From: Octopus bimaculoides
Lineage: Eukaryota
NCBI RefSeq assembly: GCF_001194135.2
Contig: NC_068990.1
Span: 25,390,740-25,454,526 of the forward strand
Direction: 5' to 3'
Length of the DNA: 63,787 nucleotides
This document shows positions 25,740 through 37,215 of this stretch, one piece after another. The position numbers were made by a program, and so were the translations under genes. Below the pieces are notes generated by a model. It was not told where the DNA came from, ran no database searches, and was given only the letters and a program-made list of their open reading frames with translations. Positions within the stretch are counted from its first letter, which is position 1, and each line of letters begins with the position of its first letter.

Positions 25740-27340
25740 TTTGAAAATTTTGGTGATTTTAGCCAATCGTAAGTCACAGACACATTCATGCCTGTTTCCA
25801 TAGTAATAAGCGGAACACAAGAACTCTTTTGTTTCCTAGAAAGTATGTGCCTGTTTCCATAGTAACAATCAGAACCGAGAACTCCTTTATCTGCGAGAAA
25901 GCATTTTTTGACAAATTTGACGCTGAGTTGTGTTGGAAATTTTACTGTTTAATTATGACAACAAGCTCCTGTAACCTCGCTTCTATGATGGAGACTGTTA
26001 TGTCTCACTACTGCTTTCAGTAACTCTTCCATTTTTGGTGCTATTAGAAACCTCGTCGCCACTGTTATGTCTCAAGCTACTGCTATCTAGCACCTTTGGA
26101 TGATCTCTACTCGACTGCTACTCAACAGTCACTCCACTCCTCTACCACGGCTAGACTACCTCTATTTATATGTCTTGGGAGATCCTACTTCTTCGCTTGG
26201 GGGCGTCGACACAACAAAGACACTGAAAACAGAGGAGGATACTGTGTCGTACCTTCAAGAAAAGGGTGTTATACCCAAAAGAAAACTATGTAAAAAGAAG
26301 AGGCATATTATGTGTACAAAAAGACGTGGTAGGAACATGTACTGGTGATTCTCGCGCCGAGAATGCATGGAGTCTTTGTTGGTGAGGAAAGACATGATTT
26401 GAAGATGGTACCCTTCCTCTTAGGACTGTAGTGCTCTTCTTTTACTTATGGGTTAAGGAATTGACTTCAGTCCGGTTTTGTTCACTATTATTTTCATGTA
26501 TAACATATAAACATGTACATCTTTCAGAACATTGTCATTTTATAAGATTTTACTGGCAAATTTGTAAATTATCATAAACATTTATTTACATGAAAGAAAA
26601 TTACCGAAGAACTTTCATCTAATTCTTCCAAATCCTTCTGCTAAAATTTTATTGAAACCATTTGTAGGGGAAAATTGTAATGTGTTTATCGCATGTAATG
26701 TGTTGTTTACTCGTTTCTTTTTATCATTGAGGTGTGCTAAATAGTAACTGCTAAATAACGTTTTTTTGGATAAATCTTTTAAATTAACATAAACCTTTAT
26801 TTACATGAAATAAAATTACCGGAGAACTTTCGTTTAATTCTTCCAAATCTTTCTGTTAAAACCATTTGTGGGAGAAAATGGTAATGTGTTTATCGCATGT
26901 AACGTGTTGTTCATCACATTTGCATTAAATGTATATTGAATGTTTAAAACTACTTGTATCTTTTTGTAATTGAATTGGTTGTGATGTGTTAAAAATAACA
27001 GCTAAATAACGTTTTTTGGATAAATCTTTTAAGTTCGTGCTATCGCATTAAATGCATATTGAATACTTCAAACTACAAAACACGTGTTGTTTACAAATAT
27101 TGACAACAGGTGCTGTTTTCAGGATGTTGACAACAAAATGTACAGTCATGCACAAAATGACAGCTTTCTGTTTCGTGACTGGGTAAACATGATCAAACTT
27201 TAAACTTCTATAACTTTTTAAAATCATTTTTATGGAAAAAGTGAAATAACTCCAGAATTCAGCTTGTAAAAGTATATTATTGTACCAAATTGTAAAAATT
27301 TCAATAAACTTTGATTTTTGAATTAATGGCAGCCAAACCA
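25740..27340 (+). mobile_element. Merlin/ISXO2-like DNA transposon remnant (boundaries approximate)
   Basis: 26230-26400 reads TEEDTVSYLQEKGVIPKRKLCKKKRHIM...YW*.SRREC...VRKD, resembling the N-terminal Zn-ribbon of IS1016/Merlin transposases; internal ~220-bp tandem duplication at 26580-27030. Confidence 0.55.
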
Positions 27341-27382
27341 ACTAGATCCACCCTCCAAATATTAATTCATAATTCACCGCAG

Positions 27383-27508
27383 TTACTCAATAAACAACAC
27401 GAAGCATTTTCTACATGTAAGCATAAGTTCTATTCCACCTTTAGATGCTTCCATAGGTCCAAATGCAAGTAAAATCAACACACATAACACTTGCTTATAT
27501 GCATCCAT
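27383..27508 (-). CDS. Candidate signal-peptide-like small ORF or first coding exon (MDAYKQVLCVLILLAFGPMEASKG...)
   Basis: ACCATGG Kozak context; Lys followed by hydrophobic VLCVLILLAF; 41 aa to stop; possible donors at AAAG|gtggaa and TTGA|gtaact; no homologue recognised. Confidence 0.25.
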   Translation of the reverse strand: MDAYKQVLCVLILLAFGPMEASKGGIELMLTCRKCFVLFIE

Positions 27509-27799
27509 GGTCGTTACAATACACGTACATTTTTACTTTCCTTTCTTCTCTATCAACATAAATATCTTAGAAGCTAGCTAGCTTTAATTCTTTAATTTTT
27601 AATTTAAAAAAAAATTTAACTTTTAAATTTTAATTCTTTAATTTGTATCCTTTATCCATTTAATTGTAGTTTTATCCTATATACACCCCCTTAAGCTAGG
27701 CATCTATTTTTAGTTATCCTTACTGACCACTGATCACATCTAACCTAGATTTCATCTATTTAATTAATAGATATAACTACCCTCCTCCTCCACTTTACT

Positions 27800-29150
27800 G
27801 ATACCTTAACACCTGACCTCTCACCCCGAACTTCGCTCTCAGCAAGTTACGATGAGGCAGTTGTCCATAGTTATTCTCTTTTTCTTCGATTTTCAAAGAG
27901 ATAGTAGTCGGAGTATTCAATCGTGATTCACTGGAATATTGTCCGCTTAATCTGCAAAATCTTTACCAATCACGACTTCACGTGGAATAGGCCCCGACAA
28001 CAAATTCATCTCTTGGCGCGCTTCCTTCTGATCCTATCAATCAATATAAATGCAACATACCATGACCAGTAGACAGAGAGCTCTGGAATGCAGCACGGAG
28101 AGCATTGAGAGACACAGCTGCTTAGCATTTAGTATGTGAAACAGCAAAGAGAGGACATCAGACTGGACACAGGAGACAGTAACAAAGCAGCAGTGCTGAC
28201 AATACTAAGCCAATGAACGATCGCTGACCGCAAGACAATGACCAGTAGCCAACCTCTTGGGTGCTGCTTTAACCCCATCAACCCAAGAACAATTATCTCC
28301 AAACCTTCTCAACATTCTATCGTTCATAATTACGACAGTATTTGTTTGTTTTTTTTGTGTACGAAAAGAATTTTTAAAAAAATTGTTTATCAAAAATCGC
28401 AGCAAATTTCGTCGTCGTCTTCGCACAAGATATTCACGCCAACAGGGAAGCTGACCTCTGACAGTACATACTTTTTTGTCCGTCTCAAACAAACAATATC
28501 CGGTCTGTTATGATTACACACGATAGAAGTTTTGATGGGAATGTTCCACCATTATCCCTTGTTTGTTCGTAATGTATGTATGTATATACATGTTAATGCA
28601 TGCCTCTCCGTGTGTGTGTAGGTGTAGGTGTATAAAATTACAGCACATGTTTATCCAATGAAGTCATTTGGGAGTTACTACACATGTTTAACGAGACAAA
28701 GCAATAAGAGAACCTGCACGTAGTCGAAGAACATGCGAGAAATAACAGTTCGTAATCTCTCTCGAACGATGTCCACCGACAAAAAAAAATGGGAGCAACA
28801 TTAGATAATGTTTCCCAGCGTTTTCCTAAAAAGACACGTTCGTCTCAGCTGGAATACTTTTAATCATATGTTTATCCGATCAGAGTTGAATAAACCTGTG
28901 GTTAAACAACAACTAAAAAGGAAAAAATAAATAAATAAATAACTGCAGCATCCCCCGCCAACGGCAGCAACACCACCAGCAGCAGTAAGTTCATTGAAAT
29001 GTTGTTCTGATAGAATGAACGCTTAATGAAAGGCGATTTAGTTGCTTGCGATGACTCGTAGGTATAATCTGAAATTATCCAATCAAAAAGGCGTATTTTC
29101 TTACATAGCAACACAGAGCGTCATCACCACACCTCTCTGGTAATCTCTTA
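27800..29150. promoter_or_regulatory. CpG-retaining, repeat-free, promoter-like region (possibly bidirectional)
   Basis: CCAAT at 27966 and 29079, CACGTG at 27979, plus-strand donor GCA|GTAAGT at 28985, minus-strand GTATGT donors at 28471 and 28060. Confidence 0.4.
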
Positions 29151-29419
29151 AAGTTCAGTTTGTTTACATTAGTGTTTGCTCATCGTCACGGTGAGAAAAT
29201 GGATTCTGTAACTGTATATGTTTAGTCAGAAATAACAACTAGATATGTCGCACATTAAAAGGAAATGGAGATTTGTGGACGGGGTTTCCTGTTGTAAATG
29301 TGCGGTGTGTAATTGTTTGTTTGTAAATGTATGTATATATGTGTACACCCCCACCAACACACACACACACACGTACGTTCGTATGCATGCTTGTGTGTGT
29401 GTGTGTGTAGAGCCGTTTT

Positions 29420-29656
29420 AACGATGCGTCCTGCCCAACTCTTCGAAACGCCGGTGTTAAAACGGGGGTAGCTGATGAAGGAAAATGTTCTCTATGTGGC
29501 TTGTGTGTTTTCTGTACTCTGGTTATTATTATTTTCTTGTCTACGTTTTGTTTGCAACGTCCTGTACCCAGATATGCACCTATATATACAGGTAGACGTA
29601 GGTATGCACATACCTGTACGTATATATGCATATACTCATTTATTATTTGTTTATAT
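29420..29656 (+). repeat. Interspersed repeat, possibly a Penelope terminal fragment; inverted copy at about 56235-56390
   Basis: 29480-29655 is the reverse complement of 56235-56390 with scattered differences; contains GAAAC and CTGATGAAG motifs but no foldable hammerhead. Confidence 0.55.
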
Positions 29657-30829
29657 NNNNNNNNNNNNNNNNNNNNNNNNNNNNNNNNNNNNNNNNNNNN
29701 NNNNNNNNNNNNNNNNNNNNNNNNNNNNNNNNNNNNNNNNNNNNNNNNNNNNNNNNNNNNNNNNNNNNNNNNNNNNNNNNNNNNNNNNNNNNNNNNNNNN
29801 NNNNNNNNNNNNNNNNNNNNNNNNNNNNNNNNNNNNNNNNNNNNNNNNNNNNNNNNNNNNNNNNNNNNNNNNNNNNNNNNNNNNNNNNNNNNNNNNNNNN
29901 NNNNNNNNNNNNNNNNNNNNNNNNNNNNNNNNNNNNNNNNNNNNNNNNNNNNNNNNNNNNNNNNNNNNNNNNNNNNNNNNNNNNNNNNNNNNNNNNNNNN
30001 NNNNNNNNNNNNNNNNNNNNNNNNNNNNNNNNNNNNNNNNNNNNNNNNNNNNNNNNNNNNNNNNNNNNNNNATATATATATATATACAAACACACACACG
30101 TGTGTGTGTGTGTGTGTATATAAATTACTACGGGGTGTATATACACAACTGAATGCACGGGACAAATGTAAACAAATGTCTATACAATCTGAGCGACAGA
30201 AAAATAATGGCGAAATGATAAATGCTTCAATGAAGACTCTAATAATGACTATACACAATTTCCGCATGAACAGAAGACAAGCAGCTACGCGATCACTGAC
30301 GAACTCTTCTAAAGAACACCGAAACCAGTTAGATCAATCCTCGCTTTCTTTCCCTTGAAGTGATTGCATAGGCATTTATTTACATTTTTCTGATGTGTTC
30401 AATCACACATGCGACGCCAAATATGGCATCTACTACATAATTAATAAAAAGTTAAATAAATTAGTTGAATGATTGTTTTGAGTTTGCCGCCCTTCGGTGG
30501 GGTTTTAGCTTATCCCAGTTTGTGAAGAATGTAATGGGACTTGGAATAGAAAACTTATCTTTGAGTTGCACATTAGCCCGTCGATGACTTAATCCCCAGC
30601 TGGTTTTACTAGTGGCACTAGTTTTCAGCTGAAGTAAAGTGAAATGAAGTACCTTGCTCAAGAACACAAATATGGTGCATCAATAGACACACACAAAATA
30701 TTAACATTAACTGATATATACATACACACACGTTTTTCAATTCGAATGTATTTATCCAGTACAAGTTACGGACACACAAGGAGTGCAGCGGAATGGTAGG
30801 AAGCTTACCAGATAAAGTAGTGTCTATAT

Positions 30830-31760
30830 GTGGAAGATGCACAGGAGCCATAAAGACTACAGATACACGGTAGACTGGTTTCCTCTAATCTCCTACAGGC
30901 TCTCTGGAAGTAGTAATTTCTTCTACTTAGGTGACCTAGTTAGCAGTGGAGGAGGAGGAGGTACCGAAAGTGTAATTGCTACAATAAGAATAGGATGGAG
31001 AAAGTTCAGAGAGCTTTCACCACTGTTGGCAACCAAAAGTTCCCCCCCTCTCTCTCTCTCTGAATGAAAGAAATATTGTATGATGCATGCATACGAACTG
31101 TAATGCTACATAGTAGTGAGACGTGGGCCCTGAATCCAGAGGATATGTGAAGACTAGAGAGGAACGAGGCGGGTACGCTCTGTTGGATGTGCAATGTCAG
31201 TGTATATGTGCGACAGAACGCTAGTGTACTGAAAGAAAAGGTAGGCATAAGAGGAATTATATGCCAAGAGAGGAGACTGCACTAGATTGGTAATGTGAAG
31301 CGGATAGAGGAGGACAGTTACATAAAGAAGGGCAGATCACTTAAAATGAATGGAAGTTGTGGAAGAGGGAGACATGGGATGACATGGGACAAAGTATAAA
31401 AAATCGATCTCAAAATGTTGAGCATTACAAAGGCGATGACAAAGAACTGTGATATATGGTACATTGATGTACTCAAGAAGACTCACCCACCACAACCGAA
31501 ATGATATCCTAAAACCACACAGTATCACATAGAAAGCACTGGTAATGGTTTCATGTAAAAAGGACTGGTGATGGTGCCACTTAAAAAGCACCCAGTACGC
31601 TTTGTAAAGTGGTTGGCTTTAGGAAGGGCATCCAGTTGTACAAACCAGCTAAAGTTAAAACAGAATATAGAACCTGGTGCGTCCCCTAGCCTTACCAGCT
31701 CCTGCGAAACCGTCCAGGCCATGCTAGTATGGAAAACAGACGTTAAATAATGATGATGAG
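30830..31760 (+). mobile_element. RTE-clade LINE, 3' ORF remnant plus 3' UTR
   Basis: FFYLGDLVSSGGG...IRIGWRKFRELSPLL; LYDACIRTVMLHSSETWAL; (ATG)n tail. Confidence 0.85.
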
Positions 31761-32571
31761 TACATAAGTATATGAAATAGCAAATGCGTATGTGTGTGTG
31801 TATGCATTTATATACACACAAGTGCATATTGACGCATATAATCATCTTAAGTAATGAGTAAGACCACCGCGCACGCATACGAAATATGTATCCTACGCTT
31901 ATACGTGCGTTTCAATTCCTCTTTAACTCTTCTTAGGGATCATATTCTTGGAATATAGACTTTATGGAAACATGGAAGGCTTGAACAGGTGTGTAGTACA
32001 TATTCTCACACGCACATATACACACACGATGATATAACAATTTAAATTGCATTGCATATCCAATTTTAGAACTCCGTTTGCATCCTTATACATCAATTGA
32101 GAAAATTGCAAGAGCTCGTATTATAGTCCAAGTTACCGTTCACTTAGACTCCATAATTAAAAAGATCACTTACAATATATAGAAAACATGAAACAAGAGA
32201 GTAGTAAATTATTTTAAAAGTCATCTTACAGATACTCCATTAATCCGTTATATAAGTAAAAACTCATAAGCGAATTGCATTATCAGATCTTCAGAGATTG
32301 CCTTACACTTGTAAATTACCTTTAAGAGTTACAATAGACTTTGGACAGTATTATGGTATCAATGTGACCATAATTACAATCTCTCCTTTCCTCCATATAC
32401 ATGTAATCATACGCAAAGGAGGATTTGTACTCAGTAGTACATGCTAACGAAACATCCATCTCTTTTACAGTATCGCTGCTGTTTCTTTCTGGTATCTATT
32501 TACAGTTAGTGGAACTAGACAACGTGTAACCAACAATGTTGGAGATATGATACGAACTGGCGCCCTTCAGA

Positions 32572-33123
32572 CAGAGCCGTCTTAGCAGAATTGTAGGCCC
32601 GCGGGAAAATTAATGTACTCTCTTTTACTTGTTTCAGTCATTTGACTACGGCCATGCTGGAGCACCGCCTTTAGTCGAGTAAATCGATCCCAGGACTTAT
32701 TCTGTGTAAGCCTAGTACTTATTCTATCGGTCTCTTTCGCCGAACCGCTAAGTTACGGGGACGTAAACACACCAACATCGGTTGTCAAGCGATGTTGGGG
32801 GGGGGGACAAACACAGACACAAACATACACACACATACATATATACGACGGGCTTCTTTCAGTTTCCATCTTCCAAATCCACTAACAAGTCTTTGGTCGG
32901 CCCAAGGCTATAGTAGAAGACACTTGCCCGAGGTGCCACGCAGTGGGAATGAACCCGGAACCATGTGGTTGGTAAGCAAGCTTCTTACCACACAGTCACT
33001 CGTGCGCCTGTGCTCTATAATATTTATCTATTGACAGCAAGGCAAAGCATACATAAATCAGAATCGGATCCCTGAGACGTGCGGCCCCTGAGCTCAGTGT
33101 GCCCAGCCTTTAAGACAGCACTG
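32572..33123. mobile_element. hAT-type MITE with perfect 8-bp TSD, containing a SINE-B insertion
   Basis: TIRs CAGAGCCGTCTTAG / TTAAGACAGCACTG; TSD CCTTCAGA at 32564-32571 and 33124-33131. Confidence 0.85.
32615..33000 (-). mobile_element. SINE family B, full length, CpG-retaining
   Basis: Head TGTGGTAAGAAGCTTGCTTACCAACCACATGGTTCCGGGTTCATTCCC; tail ...GACTGAAACAAGTAAAAGAG. Confidence 0.85.
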
Positions 33124-33754
33124 CCTTCAGAAGCTGTCCGATGAAGTCATTCACAGAGATTTATTGTTTAATGTAAAGTCATCCCTGACTAAGCAGACAA
33201 GCGTTCGAACCATGACTGTCCCATATTTATTTATATCTAGAACGACATTTGTGTTTTCTTTTTTCTTAAAGATAGCCGGTCGAGATATCAAGAATTTGAC
33301 TCCTGTTTCATGTAAGTCAAACGGCCTTATAGAGGCTCCTTAATAGGCTGATCCATACGCAATGTTTTGGGGTGATCGCTCGCAGAAAGCAGCTGAGAGC
33401 TCGACGCAGTTTCAGTCACTAGATAAATATTTACGCCGCTAACATATTTGGGAAGGGCTTGAACATCGTACAACCTACGTCATTTCCTTTTAAAGAGGAA
33501 GTGTCGTCAGCAAGAAACTAATGTGACATACATGTCTGTGTTTGTGCATGCATGTGCACCCGTATGTATGTGCGTGTGTATGTATGTATGTTAGCGCGAT
33601 TGTTTTTTATTGTCCACGTATGCATGTTTTCATGTGTGGATGCGTGCATGCATATGATTTTGTAATTGTGTATGCATGTATGCATATTTTCATGAGTGTG
33701 TATGCGTGCACACGCGCGCATATGTCTTCTGAGTATGTGTATTTGCACGAGTGT

Positions 33755-33790
<36 letters not shown>

Positions 33791-34203
33791 ATGTAGGATA
33801 GAAGAAAAATGAAATCAGTACATCCTGTTGAATTAGATTATCATATATTGGATTAATTTTTCCTGGTCGGTGACAGGATCACACGACCGATTAATACTTT
33901 ATGACATTGTATTAAGGTCAATTATGCTTGGCCTAATAATTTAACCTCGTCTGATGTATTAATTAAACTGATAATTGTTCAGCGGACCAAAAAAAAAAAA
34001 TAATAGTCATAACTTCATACATGCGCACTCGCGCGCGCAGTCACGAAACATTTGTATGTATACCATGTATATGCGTGTTTCTCTGTTGGTTACTATAATG
34101 GAAAATGAATGAGGAAGAGGCTACTAGGATTTATTTATACCTACGTGTTCATACACTAATAATAATAATAATAATGATAATAATAATGATAATAATAATA
34201 ATG

Positions 34204-34266
<63 letters not shown>

Positions 34267-34782
34267 CAAGGCCATGCACTGTTTATCTTGATATGAGATC
34301 ACCATATCGGTGGAATTTGAACTCAGAATGTAAAGACGGACGAAATGCCGCTATTTTGCCGTATACATGCATGTATGAGCGTGCACGCGTTTATTTTTAT
34401 GTCAATATGTACGTATATATGTATGTATGTATGTATATTAAAAAATTAACATCAAAGTGACGGATTACTCAATGCTTTGTAGTAGAATACATAGTGACTT
34501 GGAAGATTTATTTTGCTCACACTTACCAGACAACATGGTGAAGGCGAGTAAGCAAAAACTTCGAAGTCAGTGTCGAACTTTTATTTGTAAAAATTAATAA
34601 ATTTACACATATATACTGTTGTGTGCGTGTGTCTGCGTGCGCGCGCGCGAGAGAGAGAGTGTATGTGTGTACCGACGCGCCTATAGTTCGAATTTACATA
34701 AAACAAGACGAAGACAGGTGAGGGAGCAACAAATAGGTGTATTAGTTTGACGTTCATGTATGTATGTATGTGTGCGTGTGTA

Positions 34783-35220
34783 TACTAGCAGTAATACCCG
34801 TCGTTGCTCGGGTAATTGCTTTTACTGTTTCTTGGGCCGAGAAGCTAGAAATGTGGGTATAACATAGAGAAGAATAGCTTTACGGAATCCAGGTGACTGC
34901 GATGGCACTGAAAAGGCTACAGGTCAGGTGGAACATCCATTTGTCACCGTTCCTTTTGACGTTTGAATAGGCGGTATGCCAAAGGAGAATTAAAAGATTC
35001 AGTTTGAATGAAGCTAGAAGAATAGCTTACGGAATCCAGGTGACTGTACAATGGCACTGAGAAAGCCACAGGTGAAATGGATGACTCATTTGTCACGGTG
35101 TTTCTGACATTTGAATAGGCCGTATGCCCAAGGAGAATTGAAAGATTCAGTTTCGAATCTGAACCAGTGTGAGACTACGACTACAGATTTAGGTTTACTC
35201 GTCTTGTATGTGTATATTAT
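34783..35220 (+). mobile_element. Non-autonomous Helitron/Helentron-like element with an internal ~147-bp tandem duplication
   Basis: 5' TACTAGC followed by hairpin TACCCG-TCGTTGCT-CGGGTA; repeat units start at 34868 and 35015. Confidence 0.5.
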
Positions 35221-35258
35221 ACAAGAGAAAGACATGTAATAATAATAATAATAATAAT

Positions 35259-35309
<51 letters not shown>

Positions 35310-35311
<2 letters not shown>

Positions 35312-35710
35312 GGAGTGGCTATGTGATAAGAAGCTTACTTCCTAACCACATGGTTCCAGGTTCAGTCCTACTGCGTTGCACCTTGGGCATGTGTCTTCTA
35401 CTATAGCCTCGAGCTGACCAAAGCTTGTGAGTGAAATTGGTAGATGGAAACTGAAAGAAGCCTGTTTTGTATGTGTGTGTGTGTGTGTGAACGTATGTTT
35501 GTGTGTCTGTGTCGGTTTTTGTACCCTCGCCATCGCTTGACAACCGATGCTGGTGTGTTTATGTCCCCGTGACTTAGCGGTTCGTCCAAGCAGACCGATA
35601 GAATAAGTACCAGGCCTACAAAGAATAGGTCCTGGGGTAGATTTCTTCGACTAAAAACCCTTCAAGGCGGTGCTCCAGCATGGTCGTAGTCAAATGAAAC
35701 AAATAAAAGA
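35310..35710 (+). mobile_element. SINE family B, full length
   Basis: GGAGTGGCTATGTGATAAG head, GGTTCAGTCC B-box-like motif, internal (TG)n, family tail. Confidence 0.85.
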
Positions 35711-36060
35711 ATATATGAATATATATATAATAATATGAGATGTTTTGGTATCCAGAAGACCCAAAGGCTGTTAAGGCTATGTAAGCGCCACAGAAGGACC
35801 GCTGTTAAGCTCCCTGTTGAATAATAGCATGAGTGAGAGGTCTAAGGCAGGTCGTGTGTGAGCGTGTATATGTTAAATGAAATAACATAATAAGGCTAAG
35901 GTAATTTGATATTCCTAGGACAGCTGTAAGACCACCTTTGTGTTTATAAATGTCCTAGGAATATCAGATTGCCTTGACCTTGTTATCTTATGACCACCTT
36001 TCTATTTATAAATGTCCAAGGAACATCAAATTGCCTTTCTCTTGTTATCTTATTTTAACA

Positions 36061-36091
<31 letters not shown>

Positions 36092-36884
36092 GCGCACTCA
36101 CACACACAATTACTAGAGTCGTTATGACTAACCCTCCAGTTAAGCTAAACACGCTAAATGTAGCGAGAATAAGTTAGGTGAAGGATTAAATTTCACCCAC
36201 CCACTTTCCACCAAAATAAGTACCATATATCTGATGATCTTCTGGGAACTTCTCGGACTAATCGAACCCTTAAGTATGGGATGTGCTCCTCGTGGTCAAC
36301 TGTCATAGGGGACAAGATTCCTTCAAGATCAAGTTAAGTTGAGGCAGTGTTTGGAAGTTTGAAATTTAAATCGAACATTTTAAAGAAACTATCCAGAATA
36401 TACACATTTACTATTTCTTTTTTCTACACATTATACATCGTAAAATTTCTAGTCATCGGTAGCTATGTATAACGTCATTTCAGCCTTCTTGGGAATCGTT
36501 GTAACGGCAAAACTAGATACAAATAAATTAAGCTAAATTAAGCATTTTATGAAGTTAGACTTTTCATATAGAGAGAAAATAGTTTATAGCTTAAAAGGCA
36601 TTCGCGATTTTTTTTTTTTTTTTTGGTGGGGGGTTCATCACAGGTCATTAATTCTAACAAAGGCAGATTATTGCCTAGACAGATTTACAAGGGGGCGCAC
36701 AGAGAAACCCAACCCAAATATCCTGGTTGTGAAGCATGCTTTTTATATTGCATGGTGAGTCAGACAGGGAGAAGGAGAAAAAGAAAAAGGAAGTATTTAC
36801 AAAAATATATGTATCTTTATACTTGTTTCAGTTAGTAGACTGCGGCCATGCTGGGGCATCATCTTGAAGAATGTTTAGTCGAAT

Positions 36885-36964
36885 GAATCAACTGGGGTCC
36901 GGAACTCTCGTGGGAAGAAAAATTTCGCCGTCCGGCGTGCTAACGTTTCTGCCAGCTCGCCGCC

Positions 36965-37018
<54 letters not shown>

Positions 37019-37215
37019 GTTTCAAATTTTGCCACAAGGGCAGCAGTTTTGCGGAAGAAGATGGGTCGATGTGATCGACCTCCAGTGTTTCACTGGTACT
37101 TATTTTATCGACCCCGAAAGGATAAAAGTTAAAGTCGACCTCTGAACTCAGAACGTGCAAACAGACGAAATGTCACTAAGCATTTTGCCCACCATGCTAA
37201 CGATTCTGCCAGCTC
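36885..37215 (-). mobile_element. Two SINE-A pieces in tandem separated by (TAA)n
   Basis: Head CCAGCTCGCCGCC at about 36950-36962; second copy at 37016-37215. Confidence 0.8.

Noticed and set aside
29440-29490. GAAAC and CTGATGA motifs suggesting another hammerhead
   Set aside because: The motif order and helices cannot be assembled into a hammerhead fold
33070-33080. TCCCTGAGAC (miR-125 5' end); also ACCCTGTAGAT (miR-10-like) at about 43339
   Set aside because: Only 10-11 nt matches without the rest of the mature sequence or a hairpin; the first lies inside a MITE
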